Part shown: positions 1 to 8,501 of the stretch, piece by piece
Layout of the letters: every line of letters starts with the position of its first letter
How positions within the stretch are numbered: the stretch's first letter is position 1
Source: Deltaproteobacteria bacterium
Lineage (GTDB): Bacteria; Desulfobacterota; Binatia; DP-6
NCBI GenBank assembly: GCA_005879795.1
Contig: VBKJ01000129.1
Span: 1,931-65,930 of the forward strand
Direction: 5' to 3'
Length of the DNA stretch: 64,000 nt
The notes under the pieces: model-generated
What the model saw: the letters and a program-made list of their open reading frames with translations, nothing else
Told to the model about the DNA's origin: nothing
The model's database searches: none
Translations under genes and position numbers: made by a program

Positions 1-219
1 GCTTCGAGTCGGGGAGTCGAGACGTCGGTTCGGCCAGCGGATAGGTTGAGTAGCAAGATCCCTGGCGCACATCGTCGATGCCTCGGACCGTGACTTCGAG
101 CGGCAGGTCGAAGTCACCGCCGAGATGGGTGCCGGCGAGGTGCCGCGCGAGGCACAATAGCCGACAGCGGTCGTCGATGTGCTATGTGATCCAGACGACC
201 GCACCAGGAACAGGAGGCG

Positions 220-444
220 TTGATGGCCAGGAAGAGGACAAAGGGCAAAGCGACGAAGAACGTCGCTCGGAAGAAGGTCACCAAGACTGTCAGTGCCAAC
301 CGCAGGACAGGGAAGGCCGCGATGCCGGGCCGGCCGGCTTCGGAGACCTCCCCTCCGAAGCCCGCGGTTCCGGGACCCGCCGAGTCGCCGGGAAGCATCG
401 ACCTCCTCCGCGGTTGGTCGCCGTCTCGTTACTCGACGCGCTGA
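220..444 (+). CDS. small lysine/arginine-rich basic protein (histone H1-like tail), hypothetical
   Basis: 74-aa ORF that is AAG-rich in a GC-rich background; GGAGG lies 6-8 nt upstream of the ATG; N-terminus KRTKGKATKNVARKKVTKT. Confidence 0.4.
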   Translation: MMARKRTKGKATKNVARKKVTKTVSANRRTGKAAMPGRPASETSPPKPAVPGPAESPGSIDLLRGWSPSRYSTR

Positions 445-552
445 TGCCAAATCGCATCGCACGAGCGCGGCCGCCGCGCGTGACGCCGGGCATCATCGGC
501 GGACGCGCGGCACGCGGTTGCAAAGCCGGCGGGAGGTTCCTATAGGCACGGG

Positions 553-1674
553 ATGCTCACGTGGCGGTCCGTGTCGCTCGTCGGCCCGACGGGCAGGCTG
601 CGCGCCCCGGGCCAGGTGGCCGCCGAGTGCGACGAGGAGGACGGTGGCCTCCTGCTCACCGGCCATCGCTTCGGCCAGGTGGTGCCGTACGCGCGGCTCC
701 TCTGCCACCATCTCGCGGCGCGCCCGCGTCCGTGGGCGGCGGAGAGCGAGATCCCCATCGCCCGCGAGCCCGGCCTCCTGCGGCTCGCGCGTCAGAGCGG
801 CTGCCGCGCGCTAGTGCTCGGCCCCGAGCCCGACCCGCTCGTGCGCGAGGCGGACGAGCCGCGCGCGCTCCGCGCCGCCGCTGCCGAGCTCCGGCGCATC
901 CGCCGCGCGGGGCTGCTCACGGTGGTGCACCTGACGCTCGGACGCGAGGGGGACGACGCCGGTGTCTTTGCGCGCGCGGTGTGGCTCTCGACCGCCGGGC
1001 GTGTCGCCTTCCCGCGGCTTGCGGCGCACGAGGGGGCGGGACCCATGAGCCCCGACGAGCTCGCGCGCGGCCTCGCCTGGGCCGTGCGGACCCTCCACGG
1101 CCATCGCGCGATCTGGCGGCGCACGGGCGTCGCCAGCGCCGGCCGCCGGGCGGCGCTGGTCGCCAACTACCGCCTGCGGCGCGCCATCGGGCGCGAGCCG
1201 ACAGGCGAGCCGACGCCGGCCATGCGCCTCGCGCGGGCGCTCGCCCGGCCGATCCGCATCCGCGAGCGGGTGCCCTTCGTGTCGACCCTGGTCGGAGCGG
1301 TGCAGGCGGGCGGCGTGCAGGTGCGGAGCGCCTGGCTGCGCGCGCGGGCGCGGCGCGACGACCCGCTCGCCGCGTTCGTGATCCGCCTCGAGGGCGCCAT
1401 CGACGCGCGCGCGGCGCGCAAGCTTGTCGCCCGCGTGCGCCGGATACTCGGCCGCACGCCCGAGCGCATCGTGATCGACCTGGGCGGCCTCGAGCTGGTG
1501 TCGCTGACCGTGCTCACGCACTTCCTCGAGGAGCACGCGAGCCGGCTCGCCTCGCTGCGCGGCCGGCTCGCGTTCCGCAACCTCCGGCCGGCTTTGGCCG
1601 CTCTGCGCCGCAACCTCCACGGCATGCTCCCCAACGCCGTGCTGCTCGAGCAGGCGCTGGAAGAGACGACCTGA
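553..1674 (+). CDS. hypothetical protein with C-terminal STAS-like segment
   Basis: 373-aa ORF; the C-terminal ~100 aa (ERIVIDLGGLELVSLTVLTHFL) resemble the SpoIIAA/STAS fold; start uncertain; the overlapping ORF 561..1724 looks like a GC artefact. Confidence 0.35.
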   Translation: MLTWRSVSLVGPTGRLRAPGQVAAECDEEDGGLLLTGHRFGQVVPYARLLCHHLAARPRPWAAESEIPIAREPGLLRLARQSGCRALVLGPEPDPLVREADEPRALRAAAAELRRIRRAGLLTVVHLTLGREGDDAGVFARAVWLSTAGRVAFPRLAAHEGAGPMSPDELARGLAWAVRTLHGHRAIWRRTGVASAGRRAALVANYRLRRAIGREPTGEPTPAMRLARALARPIRIRERVPFVSTLVGAVQAGGVQVRSAWLRARARRDDPLAAFVIRLEGAIDARAARKLVARVRRILGRTPERIVIDLGGLELVSLTVLTHFLEEHASRLASLRGRLAFRNLRPALAALRRNLHGMLPNAVLLEQALEETT

Positions 1675-1960
1675 CCCCTGCGGCGGCGTCGACTCGCGCG
1701 GAGGTCCTTCCCCTCGCCGCGTGAGGACGCCACGCAACGCGAGGGTATTTCCCGGCCCTGCCCCGGGGCCGGCAGCGTTCGGGACGAGCTGGTGGGCTGA
1801 AAAAAAGAGCGGCCGGATTGTAGCTTCTACACGTCGTGGAGTGGGGCACGCTGCTCATTCCCCGTCCATCCAGCCTCGCGGCGCGGTCCGCCGCTGGCAC
1901 TCGCATTGCAGTATACCAAGCGGCGCGCGCGGCGGCCCTGCCGAGCGGCATCGTTCTCCG

Positions 1961-2353
1961 ATGTCTGACAAGATTGCGGACCCCCTCCACGCTCGTCATC
2001 GCCGCCGCGTTCGCCGCACCTCCCGTCCTCGCCGCCCACGCGACATCGCTACCGAAGAACTCTCCCCCTCACGCTCTCGCGGCTTCGGCGGCGAGCCAGC
2101 GCGGCTCGACGAAGCGGCCATCGACTTCCTGCACAGCCGCGAGGAGCCGGACGGCGTCATCCACGCCCGCCCGCTGCCGTCCGGTTCCTCCTTGCGCATC
2201 ACCGACGGGTCGTGGCGCGCCATCGTCGAGCGCCGGGTCTCCGCCCGCGGGCGGGTGCTCGTCCTGCTCGACATCCCGCAGCGCCAGACGCGGGTGCAGA
2301 TGCCGGAGACCTGGGTCCGGGACGTCCCCCCTGCCTCGACGGCCCCGCCCTGA
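1961..2353 (+). CDS. hypothetical protein (weak call)
   Basis: ATG ORF with non-repetitive composition; no homology recognised; no clear RBS. Confidence 0.2.
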   Translation: MSDKIADPLHARHRRRVRRTSRPRRPRDIATEELSPSRSRGFGGEPARLDEAAIDFLHSREEPDGVIHARPLPSGSSLRITDGSWRAIVERRVSARGRVLVLLDIPQRQTRVQMPETWVRDVPPASTAPP

Positions 2354-2442
2354 CGGTCCCCACCCCTGTCCACGTCGGCATTCCTCATGCGTGTGGAGCT
2401 CATGGCCGTGCGAGAGACCCGGGCGGCTGCCGGGGCCCGCAC

Positions 2443-3210
2443 GTGAGCGGCCGCCGCGACGCGCGCCGCTCCGGGCCGGGCGCGGCCGGGCCGCCGCCGG
2501 AGAGCCAGGGCGCCGGTGCGTCCGCCCCCCCCGAGGTAACCATCCACCTGACGCAGCCGGGCGCAGGCACCGGCCCGGTTGCTCCGGGCCGGGCCGCTGC
2601 GGACGCACCGAGCATCCACCCGACCGCGATCATCGAGCCGGGGGTCACGATCGGCGCCCGCTCGGCGATCCGGGAGGGTGTGCACGTGTGCGGGCCGTCC
2701 GTCATCGGCCGCGACTGCGTCCTCGGCGAGCAGACCTACGTTGCCCACGACGTGACGATCGGCGACGGCGTGAAGACCAACGGGCGCGTCTACGTCTGCA
2801 CCGCGGTCATGATCGAGGACCTCGTGATGATCTCCGTCGGTGTGATCTTCAGCAACGAGCGCTACCCGCGCGCCTTCGACGAGCACAGGCGGCTCGCCCC
2901 GTCGGGCCCGCCGGCGCCCACGCCCAGGATCGTGGTGCGTACCGGAGCGACGATCGGCGCGGGCGCGCTGATCGGCCCCGGGATCGAGATCGGCGCCTAC
3001 GCCATGGTCGGCATGGGGGCGGTGGCGACGCGCGACGTGCTGCCGCACGCGCTGGTCGTCGGGTCACCGGCCCGGGTGGCGGGCTGGGTGTGCGTGTGCG
3101 GGACGCCGCTCGGGGGCGTGGCGGTCGCCCCCCCCGCGCAGTGTTCGCGCTGCGGCCGCCGCTACACGGTCACCTACGGGTCGCGCGGGCGCGTCCTCTC
3201 CCCGCTCTGA
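2443..3210 (+). CDS. left-handed beta-helix sugar N-acetyltransferase (QdtC/WxcM/PglD-like hexapeptide transferase) with C-terminal CxxC..CxxC tail
   Basis: Hexapeptide repeats IHPTAIIEPGVTIGARSAI...VIFSNERYPRA; C-terminal CVCGTPLGG...CSRCGRRY; start ambiguous (GTG 2443 or ATG 2212; no canonical start right before IHPTAII). Confidence 0.6.
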   Translation: MSGRRDARRSGPGAAGPPPESQGAGASAPPEVTIHLTQPGAGTGPVAPGRAAADAPSIHPTAIIEPGVTIGARSAIREGVHVCGPSVIGRDCVLGEQTYVAHDVTIGDGVKTNGRVYVCTAVMIEDLVMISVGVIFSNERYPRAFDEHRRLAPSGPPAPTPRIVVRTGATIGAGALIGPGIEIGAYAMVGMGAVATRDVLPHALVVGSPARVAGWVCVCGTPLGGVAVAPPAQCSRCGRRYTVTYGSRGRVLSPL

Positions 3211-3260
3211 CGTGAGGTCGACGCCGCGGGCTGGCTCCTCCGACCATGGCCGCCGCCGTG

Positions 3261-3755
3261 TCACTCCCTCGCGAGCAGCGTGCGGGCTCGGCGCATGAGC
3301 ATGCGCTCGTTCTCGAACGTGGCCGCGCGCTCCGCTTCGTCGAGCGAGAACCAGCGCACGGCGTCCATCTCCCGGTCGCGGTCGCCGAAGCGCCCGCCAC
3401 GGCGTCGCATGAGAAAGAAGCGCACGCGCTTCCAGACGCGCACCACGCGCCCCCCGGCGTCGCGCCGCGCGAACCAATAGGTGATGTCGCCCAGCCGCGC
3501 CTCGGCCTCGGCCTCGAGCCCGGTCTCCTCGCGCACCTCCCGCACCGCCGCCTCCTCCGACGACTCGCCCGGCTCGATGTGCCCCTTGGGGATGGTCCAC
3601 ACGAGGGCCCCGCTCTCCGGGTGGCGCCGCGCGGCGAGAACCACCGCCAGCGCGCCCGCGCGGCGCTGGTAGACGAGACCGCCGGCCGAGAACTCGCGCT
3701 CGAGCGGCGGCCGCGCCGCCTTCAGACGTCGCGGGCGGTCGACTCGGCGAGCCAT
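3261..3755 (-). CDS. NUDIX hydrolase
   Basis: NUDIX box GHIEPGESSEEAAVREVREETG; only the C-terminal 164 aa of the 443-aa track ORF is credible. Confidence 0.75.
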   Translation of the reverse strand: MARRVDRPRRLKAARPPLEREFSAGGLVYQRRAGALAVVLAARRHPESGALVWTIPKGHIEPGESSEEAAVREVREETGLEAEAEARLGDITYWFARRDAGGRVVRVWKRVRFFLMRRRGGRFGDRDREMDAVRWFSLDEAERAATFENERMLMRRARTLLARE

Positions 3756-4054
3756 GCGAGGTAGGTGCCCGACCCGGCCGACACCCCGAGCGCGAGCACC
3801 TCCGGCACCTGGTAGGCGTGCAGCGCGCGCACCCGGGCGTCGAGCGCGGGCACGTCCGCCGCGCGCGCCTTCACGAGGAGCAGGTGCTCGGCGGCCTCCT
3901 CGACGGCGCCCCCCCACCGGTACACGGAGCGGATCGGGCCGATCAGGTTGGCGCACGCGGCGAGCCGTTCCTCGACCAGCGCGCGCCCGATGCGCGCCGC
4001 CTCCTCGGCCTCGGCGGCGGTTACCAATACCACGACGAAGTCCTCCGGCTTCAT
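3722..4054 (-). CDS. cutA: divalent-cation tolerance protein CutA
   Basis: 110 aa MKPEDFVVVLVTAAEAEEAARIGRALVEERLAACANLIGPIRSVYRWGG...; matches the CutA1 family; overlaps the NUDIX start by ~34 nt. Confidence 0.8.
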   Translation of the reverse strand: MKPEDFVVVLVTAAEAEEAARIGRALVEERLAACANLIGPIRSVYRWGGAVEEAAEHLLLVKARAADVPALDARVRALHAYQVPEVLALGVSAGSGTYLAWLAESTARDV

Positions 4055-4086
4055 TGGTCCTCCCCCTATCAGGTTCGTCCCCCCAT

Positions 4087-5187
4087 CTAGGTCCCTCCCC
4101 TTCGCTCCCTCCCGCCCGCCGCCGCAGCCGCGGGGCGCAGGCGCGCCAGGATCGCGTCGTAATCGAGCGGGGGCGCCTCGCCCGCCGCGGCCCGGCCGGC
4201 CCGCATCCGCCGGCGACGCCGCAGCCGGCCGAGGGCGCCGAGCACGCGGCGCCAACGCGCCCGCGGTCCATCCGCCGGCGGCAGCACGCCCGTGGCCCGG
4301 AGCCGGGTGCCGAGGGCGCCCGCCGCGGCGGGCTCGAGGAAACCGCGGCGGACGAGGTCACCGAGCGAGTTCTCGAGCCCGCGCGCCGTGTAGCCCGCGC
4401 CCTCGAGCAGCACGCGGCCGACGCGCGCCACGTCCTCCGCACCGAGGTACCCCTCGGCGCCGAGCACGGCGGCGGTCTGGAAGTAGTTGAAGGTGGGCAC
4501 CACGCGCGGCCCGAAGAGGCGGAAGGTTGCGGGCGGCGAGCGGCGCTCGAGGTTGATGAAGATGCGCGCCACGCGCTCACCGCCCGCCGCACGCCCGGCG
4601 AGCGCCAGGATCTCGTCGGCGAGGCCCGGGTCGACGCGGATGCGGCGCAGGAGGGGCTCCAGGCGCGCGGGCGCGAGGCGGGCCGCTAGCACGTCCGCGT
4701 AGAGCGAGTAGATGAGCGAGTCGAGCTCCCAGTCGTCGCCGAAGAGGAGCTCCGCCGCCCCGGGCGGCGCCGCGAGCCGGCCGCGCAGGAGCTCGGCCAG
4801 CTTGAAGCCCACGTGCTCGCGCAGGTTGCGGAGCTTGCCGCGCCTCAAGTGCGCGAGCTGATCCTTGAACACGATCCCGTCGTACGGCACCCCGTCGAGC
4901 GCGAGCTTCTTCCGGACGGCCGCGCCGATCTGCGGCGGGCTCGCCGACACGAAGTAGACGAGCGCCTTCCGCCCGTGCCGCTCGGCCGCGGCCTTGAGCG
5001 CCCGGATGAGCTCGGCCACGCCCGGGACCTCGACCTTGTCCTCGGCGCGCTCGAAGGCCGTGCGCAGGAGCGAGCGCAGCGAGTCGAACTCGCTCCGGAG
5101 ATAGGTCTTGTCGAGGTCCCAGCGGCAGAGGAGCGGGGCGCCGGACGCGGGCGGCGCCGCCCCCGGACGAGCGCGCCGGATCCTCAT
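4087..5187 (-). CDS. App1/lipin-like (DUF2183-type) HAD phosphatase, putative phosphatidate phosphatase
   Basis: DxDxT motif CRWDLDKTYL near the N-terminus; downstream of and co-oriented with plsX; ATG is 1-3 nt after the plsX stop. Confidence 0.55.
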   Translation of the reverse strand: MRIRRARPGAAPPASGAPLLCRWDLDKTYLRSEFDSLRSLLRTAFERAEDKVEVPGVAELIRALKAAAERHGRKALVYFVSASPPQIGAAVRKKLALDGVPYDGIVFKDQLAHLRRGKLRNLREHVGFKLAELLRGRLAAPPGAAELLFGDDWELDSLIYSLYADVLAARLAPARLEPLLRRIRVDPGLADEILALAGRAAGGERVARIFINLERRSPPATFRLFGPRVVPTFNYFQTAAVLGAEGYLGAEDVARVGRVLLEGAGYTARGLENSLGDLVRRGFLEPAAAGALGTRLRATGVLPPADGPRARWRRVLGALGRLRRRRRMRAGRAAAGEAPPLDYDAILARLRPAAAAAGGRERRGGT

Positions 5188-6203
5188 CGCGCCGCCGCCA
5201 GCGCGTCGGCGATCTCGCGCGGCACGTGGTCGCGCACCGCCTTGGCCGCCACCTTGACCGCGTTCGCGACGGCGCGCGCGCCCGAGCGCCCGCGGCACTT
5301 GATGAAGACGTGCTCGAAGCCCAGGATCGGCGAGCCGCCGTACTGCGTGTAGTCGGTGAGCGCCCGCGCGCGCTCGCTGCCGCGCGAGAGGAGGCGGAGG
5401 CCGAGCCGCCACGCCACCCGCCGTTCGCCGGCCCGGCCGGTGACGTCGTAGAGCACCTCGGAGACGCCCTCGATGAGCTTCAAGGCGACGTTGCCGAGCA
5501 GGCCCTCGCACACGATCACGTCGGCGCGCCCACGCACCAGGTCGTTGCCCTCGACGTTGCCGACGAAGTTGACCACCGGGAGCTGGCGCAGGCGGCGGTG
5601 CGCTTCGACCAGCACCTCGCCTCCCTTCATCTCCTCGCTCCCCATGTTCATGTTGAGGAGGCCGATCGCGGGGCTCGCGACCTTGGAGACGCGGCGCGCG
5701 TAGACGCTCCCCATGAGCGCGAAGTGCACCAGCTCCTCCGCCTCGCACCGCACCGTGGCGCCCACGTCGAGGAGGAGCGCCAGCGGGTCCTGGCCGCCGT
5801 GCTCGCGCTGGCGCGGGTAGACGCTCGCCAGCGCCGCGCGCCGGACGCCCCGCAGGAGGCGGAAGTGCCTGGCGCAGGCGAGCACGCAGGCGCCGGTGTT
5901 GCCCGCCGAGACGAGGGCCTGGGCCCGCCCCTCGGCGACGGCGCGCACGCCCACCACCAGCGAGGCGTCGCGCCGCTTGACCGCCTGGCGCGGCTCATCG
6001 GCCATGCCGATCGCGTCGGTCGCGTGCAGGATGGCGATGTGCTCGGGGTTGTAGGAGACCCCCTCGAGCACGCTCTGGATGCGGCGCTCGTCGCCCACCA
6101 GCAGGCACTCGATGTCGGTCGCGAGCGAGACCTGGGCGACGCCCTTCACGACCTCGTCCGGCGCGTGGTCGCCGCCCATGGCGTCGACGGCGATGGTGGG
6201 CAC
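5184..6203 (-). CDS. plsX: phosphate acyltransferase PlsX
   Basis: Full-length match to PlsX (MPTIAVDAMGGDHAPDEVVKG...). Confidence 0.9.
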   Translation of the reverse strand: MPTIAVDAMGGDHAPDEVVKGVAQVSLATDIECLLVGDERRIQSVLEGVSYNPEHIAILHATDAIGMADEPRQAVKRRDASLVVGVRAVAEGRAQALVSAGNTGACVLACARHFRLLRGVRRAALASVYPRQREHGGQDPLALLLDVGATVRCEAEELVHFALMGSVYARRVSKVASPAIGLLNMNMGSEEMKGGEVLVEAHRRLRQLPVVNFVGNVEGNDLVRGRADVIVCEGLLGNVALKLIEGVSEVLYDVTGRAGERRVAWRLGLRLLSRGSERARALTDYTQYGGSPILGFEHVFIKCRGRSGARAVANAVKVAAKAVRDHVPREIADALAAAR

Positions 6204-6204
6204 G

Positions 6205-6450
6205 CTAGGAGCGCTCCCGCGCCAGGCACGCGCGCAGCGCGGCCGGATCGACGCGCGCCGTGAACGCCTTCCGTCCGTTGATCGCCAGCACCGGGACCTC
6301 GTCTCCGTACGCGGCCGCGAGGGTCGGATCCGTGTCGACGTCGACCAGCTCGAGGGCGAGCGGGACGTCGCGCGCGACTCGCTCTACGACGGCGCGCATC
6401 TCGTGGCAGAGCGGGCACTCGGCCCGGGTGTAGAGCGTGAGCTGGATCAT
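6205..6450 (-). CDS. glutaredoxin-like thioredoxin-fold protein (DUF836-like)
   Basis: 81 aa MIQLTLYTRAECPLCHEM... with a CPLC redox motif. Confidence 0.6.
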   Translation of the reverse strand: MIQLTLYTRAECPLCHEMRAVVERVARDVPLALELVDVDTDPTLAAAYGDEVPVLAINGRKAFTARVDPAALRACLARERS

Positions 6451-6527
6451 CCGCGCCGGTTGACACCCCGCGGCCCCTCCAGTACAGACGATGGCTTCGC
6501 GCGGCAAGAGTGCGCGTCCATCCGCCC

Positions 6528-6839
6528 ATGGCCTACGCCGTCATTCGTACCGGAGGAAAGCAGTACCGCGTGGCAGCCGGCGACGTGCTGCGCGTCGAGC
6601 GGCTGGCGGGTGAGGTGGGCGCGCCGGTCGAGTTCACCGAGGTGCTGCTCACCGCCGGCGACGGGGCGGTGCGCGTCGGCACCCCGCTGGTCGAGGGCGT
6701 GTGCGTGCGCGCCCAGATCCTCGCGCAGGGGCGCGCGCGGAAGATCCTCGTCTTCAAGAAGAAGCGGCGGAAGAACTACCGCCGGCGCCGCGGCCACCGG
6801 CAGTCGATCACGACGGTGCGCGTGACGGAGATCGCGTAA
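6528..6839 (+). CDS. rplU: 50S ribosomal protein L21
   Basis: [15 protein letters not shown]... is the canonical bL21 N-terminus. Confidence 0.95.
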   Translation: MAYAVIRTGGKQYRVAAGDVLRVERLAGEVGAPVEFTEVLLTAGDGAVRVGTPLVEGVCVRAQILAQGRARKILVFKKKRRKNYRRRRGHRQSITTVRVTEIA

Positions 6840-7102
6840 TGGCGCACAAGAAGGGTCAGGGCAGCACCCGCAACGGGCGCGACAGCGCCGGGCAGCGGCG
6901 CGGGGTCAAGATCTTCGCCGGCCAGCGCGTGTGGGCCGGCAACATCCTCGTCCGTCAGTGCGGTACGCGCGTGCACCCGGGGCCGAACGTGGGCATGGGG
7001 CGGGACTTCACGCTCTTCGCGCTCTGCGACGGCACCGTGCTCTACGAGCGGCTCGGCAAGGACCGGCGCCGGGCGCGCATCGTCCCGGCGTCGCAGGCCT
7101 GA
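6839..7102 (+). CDS. rpmA: 50S ribosomal protein L27
   Basis: [28 protein letters not shown]... is the canonical bL27 N-terminus; the start overlaps the rplU stop. Confidence 0.95.
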   Translation: MAHKKGQGSTRNGRDSAGQRRGVKIFAGQRVWAGNILVRQCGTRVHPGPNVGMGRDFTLFALCDGTVLYERLGKDRRRARIVPASQA

Positions 7103-7149
7103 GCCCGCGCTCCAGGCACCCTTCGTTTCTGCGGCCGTCCCGGCCTGCG

Positions 7150-7269
7150 CTACCTTCGCTTCCTGCTGCCCTTGACGCGCTTGTGACCGGACTTGCGTTC
7201 CTGCTTCTTGCGCGCCTTGTGCTTGAGCGAAGCGCGGAGGCGGGCGGTCTTCCTCGTCTTCTGGGCCAT
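7150..7269 (-). CDS. 39-aa highly basic small protein (MAQKTRKTARLRASLKHKARKKQERKSGHKRVKGSRKRR)
   Basis: ATG preceded by a GGAGG Shine-Dalgarno sequence at a spacing of 8 nt; extreme K/R content in a GC-rich genome; not in the ORF track, so hand-translated. Confidence 0.4.
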   Translation of the reverse strand: MAQKTRKTARLRASLKHKARKKQERKSGHKRVKGSRKRR

Positions 7270-7343
7270 CCTGCTCGCCTCCTACTTGCGGCTGCTGGAA
7301 TTGTCCACTGATGGTGAGCCCGCGCGTGGCGACATGCGCCTCC

Positions 7344-7634
7344 TCAGGAACGGGAGCCGCCGCGACCGCGAGCCGCCCGCCGGCGCTCCTTCGCCGCGGC
7401 CTCCCGCTGCTGTCGTGCCGACTCGGCCGCAGTCGGCGATCGACGCTCCTCGGCCCAGGCATCACGGTGCCGGAGCATGGGAACGTGCGCGTCCCAGCAG
7501 GCGACCGAGCAGAAGGCCAGTGCCGTGCGCGGGCGGTTACAGGTCGAGACGTTGCACGCCCAGTACGTACTGACGAACGGCAGCTCCTTCTTGCAGGTGG
7601 AGCAGCGTTTCCAGAACGACCCCTCAGGACCCAT
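7344..7634 (-). CDS. zinc-ribbon protein with basic C-terminal tail, hypothetical
   Basis: 96 aa; CSTCKK...CNVSTC...CSVAC gives three or four Cys pairs, then a KR-rich tail; ~70 nt downstream of the 2OG oxygenase on the same strand. Confidence 0.45.
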   Translation of the reverse strand: MGPEGSFWKRCSTCKKELPFVSTYWACNVSTCNRPRTALAFCSVACWDAHVPMLRHRDAWAEERRSPTAAESARQQREAAAKERRRAARGRGGSRS

Positions 7635-7703
7635 CCCGATCCCCCGCCGATGCGTGCACGCGTGACGCCTAGGACGCCTCGGGGGCGGAGGTCAAGGGTG
7701 TCC

Positions 7704-8440
7704 TCACTCGGCGTCGTGGAAGATGATGCCGAGGCTCAGGCGCTCGCCGGCGGTCACCCGGCTGACGCCGTGGCGCACCGTCACGCGGTAGGTGCCGCGC
7801 GCGCCCGCCACCGGCCGGTGGCGGTTCGGGAAGATGACCGCCTCGCCGCGCTCGAGGACGACGACCTCGGCGCGCGACTGCGCGCGCGGCCGCTGCTCGA
7901 CGAGCAGGAGCTCGCCACCCGCGTAGTCCCTGCCCCGGCGGCCGAGCACGCAGGTGAGCTGGAGCGGAAAGGCGAGCGCGCCGTAGAGGTCCTGGTGCAG
8001 GCAGTTGTAGCCGCCGGCCGTGTAGCGGAGGAGGAGCGGGGTGGGCCGTGTCTGCCCGTGGGCCGCGCAGCGCGCGAGATAGGCGCCGAGGTCGGGCGGA
8101 AAACGCTCCGCTACGTCCATCGCTTCCATCCAGCGGTTGGCGATGGGCGCCAGGTGCCGGTAGAGATGAGCGCGCAGCGTCGCGACCAGCGGCGGCAGCG
8201 GCGCGGCGAAGTACTTATACTCGCCCACGCCGAAGCGCAGGCGCGCCATGTCGATGCGGCTCCGGAAGCGGCGCTCGTCGGCCCACAGGCGGCCGAGGGC
8301 GGTGCACTCCCCGGCGTCGAGCAGCGCGGGCGTGGTCGCGCAGCCGCGTTCGTCGAGGCTCCGCGCGATCGCCTCCCAGTCGAGACGCGCGAGCCGCTCC
8401 TGGATGGACCGCCGGGCGATGCCCCGACCCTCGCGCGCCG
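7704..8440 (-). CDS. 2-oxoglutarate/Fe(II)-dependent oxygenase (prolyl-4-hydroxylase-like superfamily)
   Basis: YKYF...GGYNCLHQDLYG (HxD)...RVTVRHGVSRV (distal His/Arg); N-terminus near LDWEAIARSLDERG; no in-frame ATG/GTG/TTG between 8385 and 8470, so the start is undefined. Confidence 0.65.
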
Positions 8441-8501
8441 GCCGGGCGGCGTCAAGGCGCGGCTCCTGGCATCGGCGCGCGCACGGCGCTAAGTCTCGCC
8501 C

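Noticed and set aside
78-545. 155-aa plus ORF at the window start
   Set aside because: It overlaps the K-rich small protein in another frame and has Arg/Gly-rich composition. It is probably not coding.
1836-3215. 459-aa plus ORF and the 350-aa minus ORF (1996..3048) overlapping the acetyltransferase
   Set aside because: Both have low-complexity Arg/Pro/Ala-rich translations typical of off-frame ORFs in GC-rich DNA. The hexapeptide-repeat frame (2212..3210) is the real one.
3261-4592. 443-aa minus-strand ORF
   Set aside because: Only the last 164 aa form the NUDIX hydrolase. The upstream part is Arg/Gly/Ala-rich junk overlapping cutA in another frame.
7103-7150. Possible terminator after rpmA
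   Set aside because: No convincing GC hairpin plus U-tract. The region instead holds the 3' end of the convergent small basic ORF.
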